A stretch of 64,000 nucleotides of DNA from Octopus bimaculoides (lineage: Eukaryota): contig NC_068995.1 in the NCBI RefSeq assembly GCF_001194135.2, forward strand, positions 3,799,232 to 3,863,231, written 5' to 3'. The stretch's first letter is position 1, and each line of letters starts with the position of its first letter. Made by a program: the position numbers and the translations under genes. The notes beneath the pieces were generated by a model. It was given only the letters and a program-made list of their open reading frames with translations. It made no database searches and was not told where the DNA came from. Positions 35,862 through 49,234 of the stretch are shown here, piece after piece.

Positions 35862-37383
35862 TATATGTGTGTGTGCGTTTGTATGTGTGTGTATGTGCGT
35901 GTATGTGTGTGTTTGTATTAATGTATTCGTGTAATAGTTTCAGGTTACCTTTCACACTTCTAGAATCTGTAGATTAAGAAATCGATGATATTGGTTTAGG
36001 TCAATCAGGATAAAATTTCTTCTGATTTTATTGAAAAGAAGTTTCTGACGAACAACGGAAACGATCATTGAAAAGCCCGTAGCAGGTTCCTTCTAGTTAT
36101 TTTAACCACTCTCTCCGCCCCCCATTCACATCGTTAATGCCCTTGTGAACATATCAAACGATTACTGTCCACACCACCACCACCACCACCACCACAAAAC
36201 CCGACAAAGTTGCAATAAAGAAGAGTCTTTTGTATGAAACAACGATAAGATTAAGAAGCGAGAAATTTCCGAATATTCTCTTTATGCAATTTATGGTCTT
36301 TATTTCAACAAACCGATAAACCTCTGACGTGTTGGGAGAATACTTTCGCTATTATTGTTATTAATAACAACTAATAAACGATATCTAACAACGACGACGC
36401 CGACGAAGAGGTGGAGGAGGAGAAAGAGGAGGCGGTATTGAACTAGTTTAACCTTTATGTGCATCAAGTATTTATTGAAAGGCAATATTGTAATTTCAAG
36501 AAAGGGATAATAGACGCCAAGGAACATATCATCGGCTGAATGGAAGCCAGTAATTAGCGTCTTAAAATTACAGGGTAGATGTTGAAACATGGCCACACCA
36601 GTCAAATTTTCGCCATCACATTATTGATTTACATTTAAATTTGACAACCTGAGTTTTGGTCTGATCTAGTAAATCATGCGTGCATTATTAAAGCCAAACA
36701 TGGTGACACTGAGACACCATTCCATTATATTATTGCTAGACTATATAGGGCATATTGCTAAGCGTCTAGGTTTCTGTTTTGTCGTTTTGTATCTTTACAG
36801 GAGGCAAATTAATTTAATTTCCCCCTTTTGCACGGCTTTCATCTAATCGCGTTTCGATTTAGATATATAAAATGTCGTACGCGCTATATAACATTAAGTC
36901 GAATGTTTTGGAATAAAATTTATAGAGGCTACAATCGAAGCAGAAAAATAGGTGAAAAACCCAATTAATTAAATGTAGTTGTTTCGTATTTGCTGTTGAC
37001 TTCCAATAGATTCAGTGATTTTTAGATGTAGACGACACAATCATTGTTACAAATGTCTACGTTTGTAAACGAAAAGACAAAAAAAAAAAAAGAAGGAAAA
37101 AGAAAAAGGGAAGAACAGCAGAGTATTGGGGGGGGGGGGATTTGGTTGCATAGAAATGACTGCATGGAAAAGAAACTATGGCAAGAAAGAAACGAACTGT
37201 AAGAGACAGGGAGACTAGATGAAGCGATACTGACCTAAATACATCGACAAACAGAAAAATAAATCGTTAACAGCTACGTTCTGTTGCCGGAAACGAAGAA
37301 ATCCGTTGTCACATTACCAATAAGAAGCAGAGTACAAGCTTTCGAAGATATGGAACTAAGCTAAACAATGTCCCCACCAGCAC

Positions 37384-37427
<44 letters not shown>

Positions 37428-37752
37428 GAATGACAACGAAAAAAACACTGTTGTTTTATAATTTTTATTTATCACTATTTACTTTGATTTTTGAAAATTA
37501 TCATTTTCTTTTTCGATGAAACTATAATCATTCTGCTGTGACATAAGCATAATTCTGTCATGGCTCTTTAATATAAGTCATATTTTTGTTTTTTAGGTTT
37601 TGTTTTTGTTATTAGATATTTTAGGTGACTTGAAATACGTTCAGCGTAAATAACCTTCATTAATCAATGAAATGCATTAGAGTGAGGTGTTGTTTACACG
37701 TTCACCTGAACTTATGGAATTCTCCAAATGTATCTAAAGCAGCCATCTAACC

Positions 37753-37785
<33 letters not shown>

Positions 37786-38279
37786 TTAAAACGAAAGGTC
37801 ACACAGGATTCACACTTACATACTTGTTCGAGCTAAAAGTGTACGTGGGCGAAATGTATTTCATAGTTTGATTTCTTAAAGTGCCCTTGTCAAAGTTAAA
37901 TTGGCTTCATCGAACAACCGAGTTCTATCATATTTTATTCCACTCTATTTTATTCCAAGAAAGTTGTTTTCGAGAAATAATGGCTGCTACTCGACCAGGA
38001 TTGTTAACTCGTTAACTTGGCCCTTCTTCAAGTGATTAACTAGTTCTGTCATATCTTATCTTACTAAATGATGTAAACAGCTTAATGAAACGTTACTAAT
38101 TCATTCATAATGAGATCTACAATGACTTTAAAATGATCGTTTCTAAAGATGTGTATTTTAAAGCGCGTGTTACAATATAATAATAGTAGAAATGAAGTGC
38201 ATAATATAAAATGTAGTAATTACATGTGCACTATGCAAATAATAATGAAATTATATATATTATGTACTTATTGTGTTTT

Positions 38280-38610
38280 GCTATGTGCGTGATCCCTCGG
38301 TCGGTAGAGAAAATGACTTCCATAAAAACAAGTCGGTGGTGTAAAGAAAAATATTGGAGGATCACTGCTTTGAATGAAACCTATAGACATCAAGCGGGTG
38401 TATATTGCAGTAGCACACCACACTTATCCCAGAGGTGATAGCTTATTTAAAAAAAATATTTTTAGTGGTATTTCCTTTAAGTCTAAGGAGGTACAAATTC
38501 TTTCAAATAACAGTACTATGATAGGCTTTGAAAAAGTCTTGCTGTCTTTGACATTCTCATATGGAATCACGGTTCCATACGGCATACTCCAAAATTCAAA
38601 ATTGTTCAAA
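38280..38610 (-). mobile_element. Possible highly degenerate mariner transposase remnant
   Basis: FWSMPYGTVIPYENVKDSKT...FERICTSLDLKEIP loosely parallels mariner WW....VI.YE.L....T...LER....L..K.P; a downstream PP-Y-like motif follows. Weak. Confidence 0.28.
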
Positions 38611-39565
38611 ATAGAAATTAATTCAAATAGAAGCCCAACTGAACATTCAATAACAGTCGCTGTTTGAGACTTAGGTCAGTCCTTCTATAGATATATAATG
38701 AGGTATTTTAGCACAAAATAAATGAGAATCTTTGAGTCACAGATCTAAATCTTTAATATCTATTAAGTAATCTTAATATAAGAATGTAATTATATATATA
38801 TAAAAAACCCCTCATACAAAGCAACGTTGAATACAAAATATTCGTGTCAAGTCCCATGCGGAGATTCTCTAAGTAGACATGTGTGAAATCACAATTTTGG
38901 GGTTATGATGGACGTCAATAATGATAGCAGAATGAGACATGTATTTCCGCATCGTTCCCCTTCGTCAGTTACGAACCCTAAACCTGTTATTCACAGTCCG
39001 AATAAGAATGAAATTATTCTCATGAATACAGGATACGGAATGTTTGGTGATATGGATAAAATTTGGTGAGGTTAGAATCAAATAAATGTGGCACAAAATA
39101 GCGTTAAGTATATATTTTTTTAATTAGCACGCTCGTGTGCATTCGGACGGGATAATATATTAATATCCCACTCTGGGTCGTCCTTGTTTGCTTTTATATG
39201 AGTTCTCACCTTTGCAAATATTCACATAGGTCTTGGTTTAAGGATAAATATCCCTCACATCCACCCCGCTCATCCCTAGAGGGTTTGAAGGAGGCCATTG
39301 GCACTGCCATTCCACCCGTAGCTATGCAATAAAAATACTGCAAGCAAAGTTTGTTTGAAGTTTTATCTGGGTATGAAATTATTTTTTAAGATGTTGCACA
39401 ATTAAATAAGTGGAAATCTAAATCAACATAAAAACCTGATAATTATTTTGAGTTTAATTAGGTAATGGGAAAAGAACGGAAATCCAAATCTAAGCTAAAA
39501 GCAAAACAAAACCCCCAAATCTCTGGGGATGTGTAGATGTGAAAATAATATAGATATTTATTCAG

Positions 39566-39709
39566 TGCCAGAACATCTTAATGAGGAAATAAGAATTACA
39601 CCTGAGAGATTCAAAGCTAGTTCTACACGGGAAATGGAATACAACTTATTAAAACCAGGAGGTCTTTATTTGAAGTTTCTGAAATTCACATGTCAGCAAG
39701 AACGTTATG
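39566..39709 (+). CDS. Candidate internal coding exon (144 bp, phase 1-1) of an unidentified protein
   Basis: Acceptor tatttattcag|, donor TATG|gtgagt, open frame (V)PEHLNEEIRITPERFKASSTREMEYNLLKPGGLYLKFLKFTCQQERY, non-repetitive and CpG-poor. No partner exons confirmed. Confidence 0.45.
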
Positions 39710-39934
39710 GTGAGTGCAAAATATAAATTACCTGTGGCTCGTATAGCTTATCATGTTTACCGCTAACTTGGGTAATAGATGCGTGGATATGCGTGTGCGT
39801 ATGTGTGTGCGTGTGTTATTTCCTATTCGTATCATATTTACCCTTCGACCTCTTCTTGCTTTATTTACAGGTGTACGCGAGTAAGCTTGCTTGTGTTTAT
39901 GTAATATGGTTTGACTATTTCCTTATGGTTATTA

Positions 39935-40410
39935 ATGTTTGCGTTGAAAGAGATCTAAAGACGGTGGATCGCCGTTTCTTGTCAGAATTTCGTGGCAGTT
40001 CCAACGCTTGTTGATTTATTGTTTTTGTCGAAAATATAATGTTAGCAAGTTCGGGACAGCTCCGACAATCAGACGATTCTATTGCAGAGATCGATTCACC
40101 ATTTTCGACAAGGTGAAACGGATAGTCTTCTGATTATGGTGAAGGAAATTCTACGTGGCATACAGGTTACTAATGTCAATGTTGAAGAAGATCTAAAGAC
40201 GGTCGATGACCATTTTCTTGTCAGAATTTACTGGCAGTGCCAATGCTTTGTTGATTTATACTTTTATGTCAAAAATATTTTAGCAGGTGTGGGATAGATC
40301 CGACTACCAGACGGTTCTATCGTGGAGATAAATTCACCATTTTCCTTTGATAAGGAGGAGCGGATAATCTTCCTCTGACTATGACGAAGGAAATTCCACA
40401 TGGAACATCT
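39935..40410. repeat. Diverged tandem duplication, period about 238-245 bp, 2 copies
   Basis: Shared anchors gatctaaagacggt (39952/40190), tttcttgtcagaattt, ttcaccattttc and gaaggaaatt (40141/40386). Confidence 0.88.
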
Positions 40411-40427
40411 ATGATCATATATGCTCT

Positions 40428-40525
40428 GCTTCTTCTTCTTCTTCTTCTTCTTCTTCTTCTTCTTCTTCTTCTTCTCCTCCTCCTCCTCCTCCTCCTCCTC
40501 CTCCTCCTCCTCCTCCTCCTCCTCC
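40428..40525. repeat. (CTT)n-(CTC)n compound trinucleotide microsatellite
   Basis: Direct reading. Confidence 0.97.
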
Positions 40526-40534
40526 ACCTTCTGC

Positions 40535-40672
40535 CGAAATTGTCTTTGCTTTTTTCATCCTTTTCATCCTTCCGGGGTCGAAAAAATAAATACCAGTCAA
40601 ACTCTGGGGTTCAATGTAATCGACTAACCCCAATCCCGAACTTTCTAGCCTTGTGCCAAAAATTTGAAACCA
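40535..40672 (+). mobile_element. SINE family A, 3' half
   Basis: tttcatccttccggggtcgaaaaaataaataccag...ctggggttcaatgtaatcgactaacc...ccttgtgccaaaaatttgaaacc. Confidence 0.88.
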
Positions 40673-40674
40673 TT

Positions 40675-40705
<31 letters not shown>

Positions 40706-41255
40706 ACATCATCATTATTATTATTAGTAGTAGTAGTAATAATAGTAGCAGCAATAGTAGTACTAATAGTTGGAGGAGGAAGAGGAGAAGGACGAGATTT
40801 ATTGCTATCGCACTCACTGTTGTCATCAACAAATCGAAGAAAAACACGATAAAATTAAATACCCCCCACCCCGACTATATTTGATGTTGTGATCTCTCTT
40901 CAGCTGCTGATCGAGTTTATTTCGAAACTGCAAGAATGAAAATTAAGAAACGTCAAAACATTTGTCTTATCTTTATTAATTGTATGATTTTTGCAAATCA
41001 ATATTTTGTATATCAATCAAAATTGCAATTATTAGTTGTTAGTTTTCACACCAATACATCTAATGACGTTTATTTAATCTACAAGTGTTGATTCTGATAT
41101 CGGGAAGATCTTTTCTCGGCAACTTCATTACGTTACTGTTCTGCAAACGCAATGAATTTTACTTAGAAAGGTAAAAGTGAGCCGACATCATACATCAGGT
41201 TTAACATCAAATTTTCCGGAGGTTTTGGTTGCGGAGCCATTACGGACTTTACAAC

Positions 41256-41418
41256 CAGGAGTAGTCGTGTCTTTGTGGTAAGCAGTTTGCTTCTCAACCA
41301 CATGGTTCCGGGTCCAGTCCTACTGCGCGGCACCTTGGGTAAATGTCTTCTACTATTGCCACACGCCAACCAAAGCATTGTGAGTGGATTTCGTCGACGG
41401 AAACTGAAAGAGACCCCT

Positions 41419-41421
<3 letters not shown>
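41256..41421 (+). mobile_element. SINE family B, 5' half ending in (TA)n
   Basis: gtggtaagcagtttgcttctcaaccacatggttccgggtccagtcctactgcgcggcaccttgggtaaatgtcttctactat...gacggaaactgaaagag. Confidence 0.9.
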
Positions 41422-41456
<35 letters not shown>

Positions 41457-41570
41457 TAATAAATCCCCCCCCCCAAAAAAAAAATGAAGAACAAACTCAA
41501 AAGAAACAACAACGCGAGAACGTGGTACATGTCAAGTATTAGCAGACACTAAGGGAAGGACAGAAAGTTG

Positions 41571-41605
41571 GTTTTGCGTTTCGAGCAAAGCTCTTCTTCA
41601 GAAAC
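41571..41605 (-). ncRNA. Minimal hammerhead motif with U16.1->C (probably inactivated copy)
   Basis: 5'-GTTT CTGAAGA A GAGC-TTT-GCTC GAAA CG C A|AAAC. Perfect stems I and II; canonical GAAACGTA altered to GAAACGCA. Confidence 0.6.
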
Positions 41606-42502
41606 AGAGGAAAGTCCAATAGAACAGGAAGACGGGGTAAAAACAAATCGCCAGCGATTCACATGTGGTTTTCTGTTATTACAGAAACAAATAAAAAGTA
41701 AAAGGTAAAAAGAAAATGAGAAGTATACTATAACGAAGGTACTTATGTATGCTCGCTTCACTTGCTAGAAATAGCAGCTGAATATTCTTCAAATAATGTC
41801 CTACAACGTTAAAATAGGAAGGACATAAAACAATAATTATGTTAGAAGGAAGATGTTTCTGTGTGGTCATGCGGCTAGCTAGAAATAACAACCTATAACG
41901 TCTTAAAAGTGGAGAAATGACAAGCAACATCAGGTAAATAAGAAGGCGTTTGGTAGAAATTGCAGCCTGATATTCATTAAATACCTCCTTTTATTATCTT
42001 AAAATGGATGAAGGGTTATATTGAACAATTCCGTCCAACATATATGAAAGAGTTGGGATGGTCTCGGCTGGGACGACTTTGAATATATGCTTGCTCCGGC
42101 AGGAGTAACTTAGAGTTAAAAATGTACAAATAAACAAAAACAAGGAAAATCACCAAAGCCGCCATCACCTCCATCATCATCCACACCACCACCAACGCCT
42201 CCGCCACCACCACAGGCTCCGCCACAACCACCACGAAGAACAACGATGGCGATGATGCCGATGATATCGACAACAACAACAACATCAACAGCCATCATCA
42301 CAAAAAGATCAACCACCATCACCACCGCCGCCAGCGCCAACGCTACCACTGCCACAATCAGCACCACCACCACCAGCAACACCACCAATATCCACGCTTC
42401 TACCCCGCCACCATCATTCTACAACGTGCATCTTTTTCACTGAGTGATTGATAGAAGATCTCAACATTCAGAATCTACGGTCTGTCTTCTGACGAATCAT
42501 AT

Positions 42503-42651
<149 letters not shown>

Positions 42652-42794
42652 TGTCTGTCTGTCTGTCTATTTATCTATATATCTATGTATGAGCAAAAGT
42701 TTAAACGTTATCTTGAAATGCTTTGTAAAAATAAACAAGTTGAAATGGATACCGTTTCCTAAATATTTCCAACACCACATTGGCAAATCTTAAA

Positions 42795-42842
42795 TTATTA
42801 TTATTATTATTATTAATATTATTATTATTATTATTATTATTA

Positions 42843-42886
<44 letters not shown>
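42795..42886. repeat. (ATT)n microsatellite
   Basis: Direct reading. Confidence 0.97.
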
Positions 42887-43706
42887 TAATGTAAGAGTTA
42901 TTAATTAGCAGTAATTTAAGCAGATGTATAAATATATCAGAGTAACTCTAGCATATAGAATAACGTAAAAAAGAAAAAAAATGAGAAGTGTTTTTTTTTT
43001 AAAGAAAAAAACTATTTGTCCAAACATGCCGACCAAATCTACAATCTATAATAACGAGATTCTCTAAGTGAAATGCGAGCAAAACAGTTTCTTTTTTCAA
43101 CACACATGCGTCGAAATTTTGGTGGAATTTCCATTACCATTTAAGGAATTGCACAGCGAAAACATGGAACTAGCCTCTCTGCGAAAGACCGGGAATTGTA
43201 TATGCAGGTGTACGTACATATGTGTAATAGAAAACGCAATGATATGTTTGCTTGTATATGTGTATATATATTTTGCTTATCTTAGTGTGTGTGTGTGAGT
43301 GTGTGTACGTATGTATTTGCTTATGTATATATATGTATATGTATGAATGTATATGTTATATATACAGACAAAAATATATAATATATATATATGTATATAT
43401 ATTATATACATGCACAAACAGATATATACATGCACAAACACATATATATTACATATACACACACGCACAGACATATATGTCTGATGTGTGTGTGTGTGTG
43501 TGTGTATGTGTATACATGTGAATGCGTCTGAATGTGTATATAAGACATGTATAGCAGCATCCAAGTAACTGTTTCTTTATGAGGCGGTGCTTTATCTGTG
43601 AATATCATTTTTTTTCTCATGTCTGCCGAAGAAAAATAAAATAAATACAGACAGCGGTGTAAATACACACACATGCATGCATATATATACATATACATAT
43701 ACATAC

Positions 43707-43772
<66 letters not shown>

Positions 43773-44707
43773 ATTATTATTATTATGTATATTATATTAT
43801 TGCTGTTATTAGTATATATATTATATATATGCATGTGTGTGTGTGTGTAAACGAATAGTAACTTAACTAATGGAAGATCCACAAATATATATAATGGCTA
43901 GAAAGGAGAAAATACACGATACAAAAATAAAATAATAAAATAAAATGATGAAACTGAAAATAATGCAAAATCCTCGTTAAGAATGTCTCTCAACGGATAA
44001 TGGTAAAAGGAAAACGAGATGGAAAAAACTGATCGTTGTTTGATCGATGGCTTGCGCTATTTAAGAAATCGATATAGTACATTATGTGTATAGGTGATAC
44101 ATAGTGTCATCTAACAGGACATGCTACAAGCGATTGACATTACTGAGTTTTTTCTTGTTGTGTCTCTTTTTTTTTTTTGTTCAGAATTACTTTGATTTAC
44201 ATTGTAAGCTGTACTCTTATCAGCTGTCTTACTTTCTAATTCGTTTCTATCACCTAGCGTTACTAATTGCAGTCAGCATGATCTTGATGTTTGTATCAAG
44301 GACATTTTTCATTGTAAGTTAAAAATATTGTATTATATATCGGAAGGTTAAACTACGTTTAGACGTTGACAAGTTTGTAGTTGGAATAATAAAAATAAGC
44401 ACGTTACAACAGTCATACTAAAATAAATGAAAAAATGTACTATACTATTTTCTCTATTTTTCTTGAAAGGAAATTTTAGAGTGTTTAAAGAAACATAACC
44501 GAATTAAGTTAATAATACTTAAATAACTCAGATTGTGATTTAACTGCCAAGAGAGGAAGTTGATTCCAAGTTGTTAAACCAACTTAAATACATCAAACTT
44601 CAATCTTAGAAATTGTTTCTAATATATTCTTTTCTGAAAAAGACAAGACGAAGAAAATTGTTACATGAAATATATCAGATTCGCACAATGATTTTATAAC
44701 GAAATAA

Positions 44708-44890
44708 TGGTGTGAAATTTTGGTACAAAGATAACAATTTCGAGGCAGGGAATAAGTCAATTACATCAACCCCCCCCCNNNNNNNNNNNNNNNNNNNNNN
44801 NNNNNNNNNNNNNNNNNNNNNNNNNNNNNNNNNNNNNNNNNNNNNNNNNNNNNNNNNNNNNNNNNNNTGATTCTGCTAGCTCACCGCCTT
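44708..44890 (-). mobile_element. SINE family A spanning an assembly gap
   Basis: 3' part aaattttggtacaaag...aattacatcaaccccc before the gap; head gattctgctagctcaccgcctt after it. Confidence 0.8.
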
Positions 44891-45009
44891 ATTATAAATA
44901 TGTATGCACACACACACACACACACACACATGTGTTTCTGGGTATTGCCCTACGTCGGTACTGGTTATACCTGTCAACTTCACATGGCAACTGCTCGTCC
45001 TAATTTGCA

Positions 45010-45158
45010 ATATGTCTCACACTGAATCTCCCCGAGAACTATGTTAAGGGTACACGTGTCCGTGGAGTGCTCAGCCACTTGCACGTTAATTTTACGAGCA
45101 GGCTGTTCCGTTGATCGGATCAACTGGAACCTTCGTCGTCGTAACCGACGGAGAGCCA
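45010..45158 (+). mobile_element. SINE-like 3' half, probably family C
   Basis: ctgaatctccccgagaactatgttaagggtacacgtgtccgtggagtgctcagccacttgcacgttaatt...gatcggatcaactggaaccttcgtcgtcgtaaccgacggagagcc; family link recalled from memory, not shown by overlap within the window. Confidence 0.55.
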
Positions 45159-45739
45159 CGATATATATATATATATATATAATGCTACTGGTTCCGTTTT
45201 GAAGACAGACTAATTTCAATAGACTCTAACCGATTGTGCATCACACACTCCCTTGGTATTCTCATCGTTATAAATTCAATAAACCAATAACTGACACATT
45301 AGAAATTCTAAAAGCACCGACGCTATTGTTCACGATTTGCTCCATAAACCCTAATCATAGTTATTTCCATTAAGAGATTGCATCTCTCGTATTGTACTAT
45401 ATATAACTGTTGCGCTTTCTTTCTGTATTCATTGTAAACATTTACAAACAATTAGCGAATCATTTTCTTAATTTACTTTACTTGGATACGAATGGAAAAG
45501 CATCGAGCAAATAATTCCCGAAGGTTATAACAGGTGACTGATATAATAATAAAACCTGATAAAATATAGGTCTTCAGTTATTTTAATGATTTAGTAGTTA
45601 TTTTAATGGTTCTTTTGATTTATGTGAAATTTAATTGTTATTTTAACGGCTCAGTCTGAGTGTCTCTGAAATTTATGAGAGAGGAAGTAATTTGTTTTCA
45701 GAGCACAAATTATGCGCCAATATTTACGAGGCACAGAGA

Positions 45740-45911
45740 GCAGGAAGCTGGCAGAATCTTTAGCAGGCCTGGCAAAATGCGTAACGGTATTTCGTCCGTC
45801 TTTACATTTTGAGTTGAAACTCCACTGAGGTCAATTTTGTCAGGGTCAATGTAGTCGACTTATCCTTTTCCGGAAATTGCTGGCTTTGTGCCAAAATTTG
45901 AAACCGGTATT
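45740..45911 (+). mobile_element. SINE family A with central deletion
   Basis: agctggcagaatctttagcaggcctggcaaaatgcgtaacggtatttcgtccg...gaggtcaattttgt|cagggtcaatgtagtcgac...gccaaaatttgaaaccggtatt. Confidence 0.88.
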
Positions 45912-48415
45912 TACAAGTCACCGCAGTGCCAGATGGTAGTCTTATATCATAGTGCATAAGTCTCTAACACAAGGAGAAGAACGATGTATGACGAACAGGC
46001 CTCTACACTAACTCCTTCTACCAAATCTTACACAGAACGATTTAGTTAAACCGAGGTTATGGTAGAAGACACTCAAACTGTCGCAAACTAGGATTGAATC
46101 GAACCCAAATCTACATTGCTGCAAAACAAACACTTTTAGCACAAAACACAATCTGCGTCTTATTATATTTTCCAAATGTGAAAATCATTTCTGTCAAACT
46201 CCTTGCATCCTTTTTACTTTACTTTGTCTTTTTTTTTTCTTTTTTGAAAAGCGAAGCTAAGAACCTAATCGAATAAATTCATAAAAGCTATTAATCATCT
46301 CAACTGGATTGATATTAGTAGTGTTAGATCGATAGCGAGTTACATTTAGAAGCCTCGATAAGCTCTTCAGACTTGACTCATTTAATATGTAATATTAGCA
46401 CGAATTGACACTGTGTATTGTATCAGGACAACCACCTTTTACTAAGAACAGAGCTGAACACTGCATGTACAGGTACATACATACATACATACATACATGC
46501 ACTCACACTTACATACACTCACACACATATATAACACACACACATACACACACATATATAAACATATATATATACCCACACATATATATATATACATATA
46601 TATATACATATTTACATGCGTACGTACATACACACACATACACACATATAACACACACACACATATATATATGTACATATATATACATATTTACATGCAT
46701 ACATACACGCATACATATATATATATATATGTATATAAATTGTAGAATATATATATACATATATATAGACATATATGCATTAATGTGTACATAGATACAC
46801 GCATACACACACACATGCACACATATATATATATATAACCTACAATTTATCCGGGTTGTAGAGATGGAAGATGTGCAACTGTGCTAGATCGGCAATCATA
46901 GGAACGGTGAGGTGAAAGTTGGTGGAGAAGGCTGAAAAAGGCCGAGGTGTTGCGAATAAGGTTAATCTTATTAATCCACTTTCTAACTCCTCTCTATTCA
47001 AGTTTTGGCCCGATAAAGATTTCATTTTCGACCTTCAAGGATCGATAAAATTGCAATGTGTAATACACTGAAAGATTTTTTTTTCTTCAATCAACAATGA
47101 AGCAGAGTCAGAAATTGAGTTAAGTGGTGGAGGTGTAGCTATTGTTGATGGTGATGACGGTTGTGATGATGGAGATAATGGTGCGATGGTGGTGGTGGTG
47201 TGCATGTGTAAGGGTGGAGAGTTAATGTTGTCAGAAAAATTAATTAAAATTAAACTCATAGAAAAGAGAATCATAATAATTTTAATGAATAAATGTTGTC
47301 AAGAAATTTTAAATTAATTAAAAATTGAACGTGAGTATGTATGTAACAGGGCGGGAGTGATTCTGATCTTCGGCAAGAAATGCATCAACTCAGAACAGGT
47401 TTCTGTCGTATTAGGCATCCTCAGCAAAGCATATTACTACCAGTTGAACAAATAGTGGCCTTATGCCTCATTAACATAATTAGTACATTAGTATAGTAAG
47501 CGCAGGATAGTAAATCTTGAAAACATATTTTAGCTAGTATATAGATATGTACAATCATGTACAGTATTTTCTGTGAGTGTCACACGAAAGTGTTAAATAT
47601 GACAGTACAGTACACACCTGCATTTCAATCAAGCTACTTTGTGCGTTTCTATTAAACTTCATATGGAATTAAGAATTAATAGTAGCAATTTCATTTGGAT
47701 ATCGGTGTACGTTGCTAAATCCACGCAAGTTCTTAGAATTCATATGTAAATAAAAACTAGGCAGAACAATGTAAACATAATCTATGACGTATATATTTCT
47801 AGTGTCAGTTTAAATATCAGTTCAACTACATAATGTTAGACCTTAGAAAGAATCATATGAACAAAGAAATTTATAAATCTGATGTACTTTCCAGTAATAG
47901 CAGAAAATCTAAAATAAATTGCATTTCAAAAAGTTACCGGTAATTACATTTGGATAGTCGTATTGAAAGTTCAGAAATACAGAAAAAAAATATTAGGAAT
48001 TTTATTTGGGGAATATAATATTAAAATCCAAAAATAATTCGAGGATTTCATAAAACTGATATATGAAAATGACTACACTTAAAATAGTTCGAACCAATTC
48101 CCAAAGAAAGAAAGATATTTTGATTCAACAAAATTCAGTGAAAATTCTAGTAGAATTTTTCAGAAGAAGAAAGGTAGAAGGAAACATTTATAAGTGGAAA
48201 TTTACGAAGGAAATCGGAATATCTGAAATAGTCAATACAGAAACACTTAAGGAAGTTCAGAAAATAACCCTATACTAGCCAAGTCTCCAGGGTAGATATT
48301 GGCAAGTAGACAACTATGCATAGAATTTTTTCCTTCAAATAATTTTTTGTCATTTTTTCCCCCTAATATTTTGCGTGTGTATGAGCATATGTGTGTGTGT
48401 ATGTGTATCTGTGCG

Positions 48416-48470
<55 letters not shown>

Positions 48471-48978
48471 TTGTGTGTGTGCGTGTTTGTGTGTGTTATT
48501 CTTTGATTTTTCTCTGGTTGGGTAATGGCTCTGGTAGAGTATATTTTTATCTTTACATCATCGGATCGTTTTGATGAAACATCGTAAAATCGTAAACGCT
48601 TTGGAGATACATAACTATGAAAACCAGCTACGAAAGTACATCATTTCTGTGTGTGTGTGTATATATANNNNNNNNNNNNNNNNNNNNNNNNNNNNNNNNN
48701 NNNNNNNNNNNNNNNNNNNNNNNNNNNNNNNNNNNNNNNNNNNNNNNNNNNNNNNNNNNNNNNNNNNNNNNNNNNNNNNNNNNNNNNNNNNNNNNNNNNN
48801 NNNNNNNNNNNNNNNNNNNNNNNNNNNNNNNNNNNNNNNNNNNNNNNNNNNNNNNNNNNNNNNNNNNNNNNNNNNNNNNNNNNNNNNNNNNNNNNNCGGA
48901 TGCAGGAAAAAGACAAGAGTCGATGAAATGGAGGAAAGACAAGATAGTCCGGAGAAAAGCAAGCGTTTCCAAAGTGCA

Positions 48979-49017
<39 letters not shown>

Positions 49018-49048
49018 GTGTGTCTCTCTCTCTCTTTCTCTATCTCTA

Positions 49049-49091
<43 letters not shown>

Positions 49092-49196
49092 ATATATATA
49101 TATATATAGTTGAAATTTACAGAAAAACAAACGACAAAGACAGGTGTATAAACAACAAACAGGTGTATTAGTTTAACTCTCGGGTAGGTGAGAAAA

Positions 49197-49234
49197 TCTT
49201 TTACGTTTCGGGCCTGCGCTCTTCAACAGAATAG
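49197..49234 (-). ncRNA. Degenerate minimal hammerhead motif (A6->U, stem II mismatch)
   Basis: CTGTTGA A GAGC-GCAG-GCCC GAAACGTA|AAAGA; same architecture as 41571-41605, with palindromic ACGT stem III. Confidence 0.4.
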
